Shown in pieces: positions 58,759-64,000 of a DNA stretch of 64,000 bases. The notes under the pieces are model-generated. The model was not told the DNA's origin. It searched no databases and saw only the letters and a program-made list of their open reading frames with translations. Origin of the DNA: an uncultured Clostridia bacterium (GTDB lineage Bacteria > Bacillota > Clostridia > Christensenellales > DTU072); assembly GCA_944331875.1 (NCBI GenBank), contig CALVJA010000011.1, positions 417 to 64,416 of the forward strand, in the 5' to 3' direction. Position numbers and translations under genes: made by a program. The first letter of the stretch is position 1. Each line of letters starts with the position of its first letter.

Positions 58759-60030
58759 GTGACTAGGTACATAATCAGTAATCCCGAGGCTTCCCGAGGG
58801 GAGCCGACAAGACTGAACGGGACCGTAAAGGTCCAGGGCGCCAAAAACGCCGCGCTTCCGCTCATCGCAGCCGCCGTTCTGACGGACAAGGAAGCGGTTT
58901 TGACGAACTGCCCCGATATTACGGACGTCGAAAATATGCTGAAGATCTATTCTTCTCTCGGCGGCGTTACCGAAAGGCGCGGGGATACCGTCAGACTGCG
59001 CCTCGAGTACATGCGTTCGCACGAGATACCGTCGGGACTTGCGGGAGAACTGAGAAGCTCGGTGTTCATGCTGGGATCCGTCCTCGCGCGCTCGGGAAAA
59101 GCGAAGGTCGCCTATCCCGGCGGGTGCGACATCGGGTTAAGACCTATAGACATTCATCTGAAGGCGCTCAGCGAAATGGGCGTCAAAGTCAGCGACAGAT
59201 ACGGATATCTTTTGTGCGACGCTGCCGATGCGCACGGCGCCGAAGTGACTCTCGATTATCCGTCCGTCGGCGCCACCGAAAACGTCATGCTGCTGGCGGC
59301 GGGTATACCGGGAAAAACCGTCATACACAACGCGGCGAGGGAGCCGGAGATAGAGGACCTCGGCAATTTCCTCACCGCAATGGGCGCCGAAGTATTGGGC
59401 GCCGGCACGCAGGTCATCACGATATGCGGCACAAAAGAACGGGGCGGCGTCGAGTACAGAGTGATGCCGGACAGGATCGCCGCGGGAACGTATCTTATCG
59501 CGGCTGCGGCGAATGGCGGCTCGGTTACGCTGAAAGACGTAAGACCGGAGCATATTTTCAGCCTTATCGGAAAGCTTCGTTTTGCCGGAGCGGAGATAGA
59601 TCTCTACTCCGACTCCGTCACGATCTCCGCTTCGGGACGTCCCAAAGCGGTAGGGGTGGTGGAAACGGGCGCGTATCCCGGTTTCCCTACCGATCTGCAG
59701 GCTCCGTTTTCGGTGCTCGCGGCGGTATCCGAGGGAAGTACGGTCATCGTGGAAAACATATTCGAAACAAGATTTAAGCACGTCGCGGAGTTGACAAAAA
59801 TGGGCGCTTCGGTTAAAGTAAAAGGAAGAGTGGCGGTGTTCGAGGGCGTCAAAAGACTGACTGCCGCTAAAGTTCAGGCCATGGACCTCAGGGGCGGAGC
59901 GGCGCTCATCACCGCGGGACTGAAAGCAAACGGCACGACGGTCGTCGAAAACGGTTATCACATCGAGCGCGGATACGTCCGCCCCGAGGAAGTTTTCGGC
60001 TCTCTCGGCGCCTACATAATAAAAGTATAG
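58759..60030 (+). CDS. murA: UDP-GlcNAc 1-carboxyvinyltransferase
   Basis: GAKNAALP, PGGCDIGLRPID, SVGATEN, PGFPTDLQ, DLRGGA. Confidence 0.96.
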   Translation: MTRYIISNPEASRGEPTRLNGTVKVQGAKNAALPLIAAAVLTDKEAVLTNCPDITDVENMLKIYSSLGGVTERRGDTVRLRLEYMRSHEIPSGLAGELRSSVFMLGSVLARSGKAKVAYPGGCDIGLRPIDIHLKALSEMGVKVSDRYGYLLCDAADAHGAEVTLDYPSVGATENVMLLAAGIPGKTVIHNAAREPEIEDLGNFLTAMGAEVLGAGTQVITICGTKERGGVEYRVMPDRIAAGTYLIAAAANGGSVTLKDVRPEHIFSLIGKLRFAGAEIDLYSDSVTISASGRPKAVGVVETGAYPGFPTDLQAPFSVLAAVSEGSTVIVENIFETRFKHVAELTKMGASVKVKGRVAVFEGVKRLTAAKVQAMDLRGGAALITAGLKANGTTVVENGYHIERGYVRPEEVFGSLGAYIIKV

Positions 60031-60040
60031 AAGGACTAAT

Positions 60041-60709
60041 GTGAAACTGAAGATAATTTCCGTAGCGATAGGCGTTGTTTTGGTGGCGGTCATAGCCGTA
60101 TTCGGCAGCTTGTGCCGGGTACGCGAGGTCGACATCGTGTTTTCGGAGTCCGTCGACATGAATAAAGCGGACGAGATATATACCGCGCTCGAAACGGAAA
60201 CGGGAGCGTCGATAATCGCCGTCAACGAAATCGATCTCGTCAGGCGCATCAATGCGGCGTATCCCGACAGATCCGTCGTCGTAACCGATATCATACGCTC
60301 TTTTCCCGATAAAGTGACCGTATACATCGATTTGAACGAGCCGATCTTTGCCGTGCCGCGCATGACGGGGGACGGATATCAGCTGGCGGACAAGGATTTC
60401 CAGCTGAATCTGGCGGCTTCGGAATCGGATCTGGATAAATCGCGTATCGTCGTTATAAGCGGCGTGAATGTCGGGAACAGTTTCGATCTTCCCGTATTTT
60501 CCTCTATACGAGGCGCCGTGCTCGGATTGAACGCGGCGGGGCTTAGCGACGACGGTATAGTTGCGCTTTTGTCCGAGATATCCATTGAAAACGGCGATAT
60601 TATATTCAAAACGCGCTCCGGTGCGGCGTTCAGGACTTCGCTTTATCCGTCGGAGACTCTCGGCGACAGGGCGGGCGCGGCGTATTCCGAATACGCGGCA
60701 GGGAGATAA
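60041..60709 (+). CDS. FtsQ/DivIB-like cell division protein
   Basis: N-terminal TM, POTRA-like region ending RSFPDKVTV; position before ftsA. Confidence 0.7.
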   Translation: MKLKIISVAIGVVLVAVIAVFGSLCRVREVDIVFSESVDMNKADEIYTALETETGASIIAVNEIDLVRRINAAYPDRSVVVTDIIRSFPDKVTVYIDLNEPIFAVPRMTGDGYQLADKDFQLNLAASESDLDKSRIVVISGVNVGNSFDLPVFSSIRGAVLGLNAAGLSDDGIVALLSEISIENGDIIFKTRSGAAFRTSLYPSETLGDRAGAAYSEYAAGR

Positions 60710-60760
60710 GCGTCCGTATTCTGAAAATCGGACTAATTTATAATATTCGCAAAAATACCG

Positions 60761-60789
60761 TTGACAACGCGCGCATATTTTTTTATAAT
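60761..60789 (+). promoter_or_regulatory. Sigma-A promoter of ftsAZ
   Basis: TTGACA-17-TATAAT. Confidence 0.88.
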
Positions 60790-60841
60790 AATTTTATATA
60801 AAACAACGCGCCGACGCGCGTGTGAGGAGTGACCCGACCCG

Positions 60842-62029
60842 ATGAACGGCAAAAAAGTAGCGGTTCTAGACATCACCAGCGATATGATAACGCTCGTCCT
60901 GCAGGATAAAAAATTCGCGGACAGCTTCGCTTTCCACGCCTACGAAAATTATTCGGGATATCAGGACGGCGAATTTCTGGATACGGGCGAGCTCATAAAA
61001 GTCGTCGAATCGCTGATCGTGAGATGCAGAAAGACCGCGTTTGCCGAGCCGGAGGAGATAATGGTCGGCGTTCCCGCGGAATTCACGTCGGTAGTGTGCC
61101 GCGAAGCGGTCAAAAACTTCGGCGCTCTCAAAACCGTAACGGAAAGGGACGTGGACGAGATCATAGCCTCTCCGCCCCCGGAAGCGGACCTGAAAACGGT
61201 CATATCCGCTTCTCCGGTGTGGTTCACTCTGGACGACGGCAACGCGGAGATAGTCCCCGTGGGGAAGCAGACGTCCCGCCTTACCTGCCAGATGTCCTAC
61301 GTATTCTGCGTGAATTCGTTCATAGCGCTGTTCGACAAAATTTCCGAGATGACCGGCGTCAGATTCGAATACGCTCCCGCCATGCTCGCCGAGGTAATGT
61401 ACGTCGTACCCGAATCCATGCGCGACGACGGCGTGCTGCTCGCGGACGCGGGATACCTGTCTACGGGGGTTTGCTATGCATACGGCGACGGGATGCTGGG
61501 GCAGACGGCTTTTTCGATAGGAAGGGGGCATTTCGCCGCCGACCTTGTGTTCGTGGACGGACTGCCGTTCGAGAACGCCGCCGCCGCGGTCGATAAATTG
61601 AATTTCAATCTCCACCCTTCCGGCGGCGAAAAATATTTCGTGACGGTGAACGGGGAATCTTACGAATACGACATTGCCCGCGTTAACGACATATGTTTGG
61701 CGCGTGCGGAGCAGATAGCGGAGGAGATAGCGGCCTCCGCCGCCTCATTCCCGTTCAAGCTCCCCGCCGATTACAAGATCGTGCTGACGGGTTCGTGTTT
61801 TCAGGGAATACCCGGGGCAAAAGACATCGTCCGCCGGGTGACCGGTCACGATACGGAGTTCGTTTCGCCCGCGTTGAAGCCTTTCGACAAGCCGCGTTTT
61901 GCGTCCCTTGCGGGACTTATCGGCGTGCAACGCAGAAATCTGGATAAGACCGAGCGTGAAAAGTTCGGAAATTTCAATAAATTCATACATAAACTCAAAG
62001 AGAAACTCTTCAGGAGGAGCGACCGATAA
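60842..62029 (+). CDS. ftsA: Cell division protein FtsA (divergent)
   Basis: VAVLDI, LADAG...T and IVLTG..IPG actin-fold motifs; directly upstream of ftsZ. Confidence 0.8.
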   Translation: MNGKKVAVLDITSDMITLVLQDKKFADSFAFHAYENYSGYQDGEFLDTGELIKVVESLIVRCRKTAFAEPEEIMVGVPAEFTSVVCREAVKNFGALKTVTERDVDEIIASPPPEADLKTVISASPVWFTLDDGNAEIVPVGKQTSRLTCQMSYVFCVNSFIALFDKISEMTGVRFEYAPAMLAEVMYVVPESMRDDGVLLADAGYLSTGVCYAYGDGMLGQTAFSIGRGHFAADLVFVDGLPFENAAAAVDKLNFNLHPSGGEKYFVTVNGESYEYDIARVNDICLARAEQIAEEIAASAASFPFKLPADYKIVLTGSCFQGIPGAKDIVRRVTGHDTEFVSPALKPFDKPRFASLAGLIGVQRRNLDKTEREKFGNFNKFIHKLKEKLFRRSDR

Positions 62030-63246
62030 TGAACGATAATTACGGAATGAACGACAACCTCGGGCTTCCCACCGTCCCGAACGGATACGGTATGGCGAAA
62101 ATAAAGGTAATAGGCGTGGGCGGAGGCGGCGGCAACGCCATCAACAGGATGATACTTGCCGGAGTGTCCTCGTGCACGTTCATCGCGGCTAACACCGATA
62201 TGCAGGCGCTGAATCTGAGCCGCGCCCAATATAAGATACAGCTCGGTTCCACTCTGACGAAAGGGCTCGGAGCGGGCGCCGACCCCGAAATGGGCGCGCG
62301 CGCCGCGGAGGAATCCAAGGACGCCATTGCGGAGGTATTGAAGGACACCGACCTTCTGTTCATCGCCGCGGGTATGGGCGGAGGCACCGGAACGGGCGCC
62401 GCTCCCGTCATCGCGAAGATGGCAAAGGACATGAACATTCTGACGATAGCGGTCGTGACGAAGCCGTTCGAAACTTTCGAGGGAAAGACTAGAATGGACA
62501 ACGCGAACGCCGGGATAGAGAAGCTCAAAGGCGTTGTCGACACCCTTTTGGTGATACCGAACGAAAAGATACAGCTTTACGTTCCGAAAGGCACACCGCT
62601 CGTACAGGCGTTCAAGGTCGCCGACGACGTCCTGCGCCAGGGTATACAGGGCATAACGGAGATAATCGTCACACCGTCCCTTATAAACCTCGATTTCGCC
62701 GATATAAAGGCGATAATGAAAAACAAGGGGAACGCGCACATCGGCATCGGCAAAGGAAAGGGCGACAACCGCACTTTGGACGCCGTCAGACAGGCGGTGC
62801 AGTCGCCGCTTTTGGAGACAAACATCCAGGGCGCTACCGGGCTTATCATCTATGTCACGGGCGGCACCAACCTTACCATAGACGAGGTGCACGATTCGGT
62901 ATCTTTGGTCAAGGAAGTCGTCGATCCCAACGCGAAGATAATATTCGGCATGGGCATAGACGAAAATCTGCAGGACGAAGTGATGATAACGATAATAGCG
63001 ACGGGATTCGAGCCGCAGGCGGAAAACAAGAATCTTTATTCGTCGCCCCGTCCCATGTTCAGCCAACCCAAAAGCAATCCTCACGTCAATTCAATGTACG
63101 GATTTTCTCCCGACTCCGCGGTAAGGGACGACAAAGTTCACGCGTCGCGCGAAGTCGCCGCCGACGAGATCCCGCCCCTCAGACAGGAAAGCGCCGACAA
63201 CAGGAGCATACCTCCGTTTTTGCAGAGGCTGAAAGACAAAAGGTAA
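62029..63246 (+). CDS. ftsZ: Cell division protein FtsZ
   Basis: GVGGGGGNA, GMGGGTGTG, INLDFAD, C-terminal IPPFL. Confidence 0.98.
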   Translation: MNDNYGMNDNLGLPTVPNGYGMAKIKVIGVGGGGGNAINRMILAGVSSCTFIAANTDMQALNLSRAQYKIQLGSTLTKGLGAGADPEMGARAAEESKDAIAEVLKDTDLLFIAAGMGGGTGTGAAPVIAKMAKDMNILTIAVVTKPFETFEGKTRMDNANAGIEKLKGVVDTLLVIPNEKIQLYVPKGTPLVQAFKVADDVLRQGIQGITEIIVTPSLINLDFADIKAIMKNKGNAHIGIGKGKGDNRTLDAVRQAVQSPLLETNIQGATGLIIYVTGGTNLTIDEVHDSVSLVKEVVDPNAKIIFGMGIDENLQDEVMITIIATGFEPQAENKNLYSSPRPMFSQPKSNPHVNSMYGFSPDSAVRDDKVHASREVAADEIPPLRQESADNRSIPPFLQRLKDKR

Positions 63247-63368
63247 ACTTTATCACGTATCCCAAGCCTGGAGCGCTCGGATACGCGGCTAAACATATCG
63301 CATACTAACCGAGGAAGAGCCGGACGATATCCGCGCTCTTTTTTCATGCCGAGGACAGGGAGAACCGG

Positions 63369-64000
63369 ATGCCCATTACGGAGATATTGAATACTTTCAC
63401 GGTATTCGTTACCGCATATATAGTCTTATACGCCGCGGCTTCGTTTATAGGCGGCGCCCCGGCGCTCAGAAACACCGTTGCGGCAGTTATCCTTTCGATA
63501 GCATATCTGAGACCGCTGCCGGTGATATCCGATACGGCGTTCGCCGTATCGCTGACTATTGCGGCGCTGCTGATATTGAAAAAAGAGCTTGCGTTCGGCG
63601 AATTCACTTTGCTGACGGCGGGGTACGCGCTGGTGCTCGCCGCGGTAACGGGCGCGGAATATATACGACTGAGCTTTACCGACGTCGGCGACGTCTGGTC
63701 GCCGGTAGTTTCGGGAGGCGTCGCGATAGCGATCTCGGTCCTTACATATATCATGCGCAAAGCGCGCGAACAAAAGGTTTATTACGACGTCGGCGTTCTG
63801 ACCGAGGACGGCAGGGAACATAAACTAAAGGGCTATCTGGACACGGGGAACGCGCTGTATTCGGACGGCGAAGCGGTGGTCGTATTGTCGGAGCGCGCCG
63901 CCCTGAAACTCAAGCTGAAAGCCACGGGATACATGGCGGTGAATACGGTCTCGGGGGTGGGACTGCTGCCCGAAACGCGGCTGAAGTATAAGATATATTA
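63369..64000 (+). CDS. spoIIGA: Sigma-E processing aspartic peptidase (truncated by the window end)
   Basis: Own translation from ATG 63369: TM helices, then KGYLDTGNAL; canonical position after ftsZ. Confidence 0.8.
   Translation, partial: MPITEILNTFTVFVTAYIVLYAAASFIGGAPALRNTVAAVILSIAYLRPLPVISDTAFAVSLTIAALLILKKELAFGEFTLLTAGYALVLAAVTGAEYIRLSFTDVGDVWSPVVSGGVAIAISVLTYIMRKAREQKVYYDVGVLTEDGREHKLKGYLDTGNALYSDGEAVVVLSERAALKLKLKATGYMAVNTVSGVGLLPETRLKYKIY

Noticed and set aside
63280-63308. Sporulation sigma (G/E-like) promoter GGATA-17-CATACTA before spoIIGA
   Set aside because: Imperfect -35, and spoIIG is normally sigma-A/Spo0A driven; cannot be supported from sequence alone.

Overview
GC-rich chromosomal window from a spore-forming Clostridia-type Firmicute (spoIIGA, DUF4364, full dcw cluster). 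Left to right: a 3364-aa surface adhesin; accessory genes separated by a family of modular palindromic intergenic repeats; a compact phage-structural cluster of about 10.8 kb (18968-29756); then housekeeping operons (nadD/yqeK-rsfS-tsaEB-rimI, a VapD pair, murF-ddl, rqcH, tig-clpP-clpX-lon-engB, mraZ...ftsZ-spoIIGA). The standout is the phage-like cluster. It encodes an intact terminase, portal, scaffold, major capsid, podovirus-type adaptor/nozzle and holin. No integrase, repressor, replication gene, endolysin or att site is recognisable. It is headed by a sigma-A promoter with a perfect Firmicute LexA box driving a RinA/ArpU-like activator, which makes it a candidate SOS-controlled, domesticated podoviral gene transfer agent. 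All family assignments are from motif recognition and gene order, not database searches.
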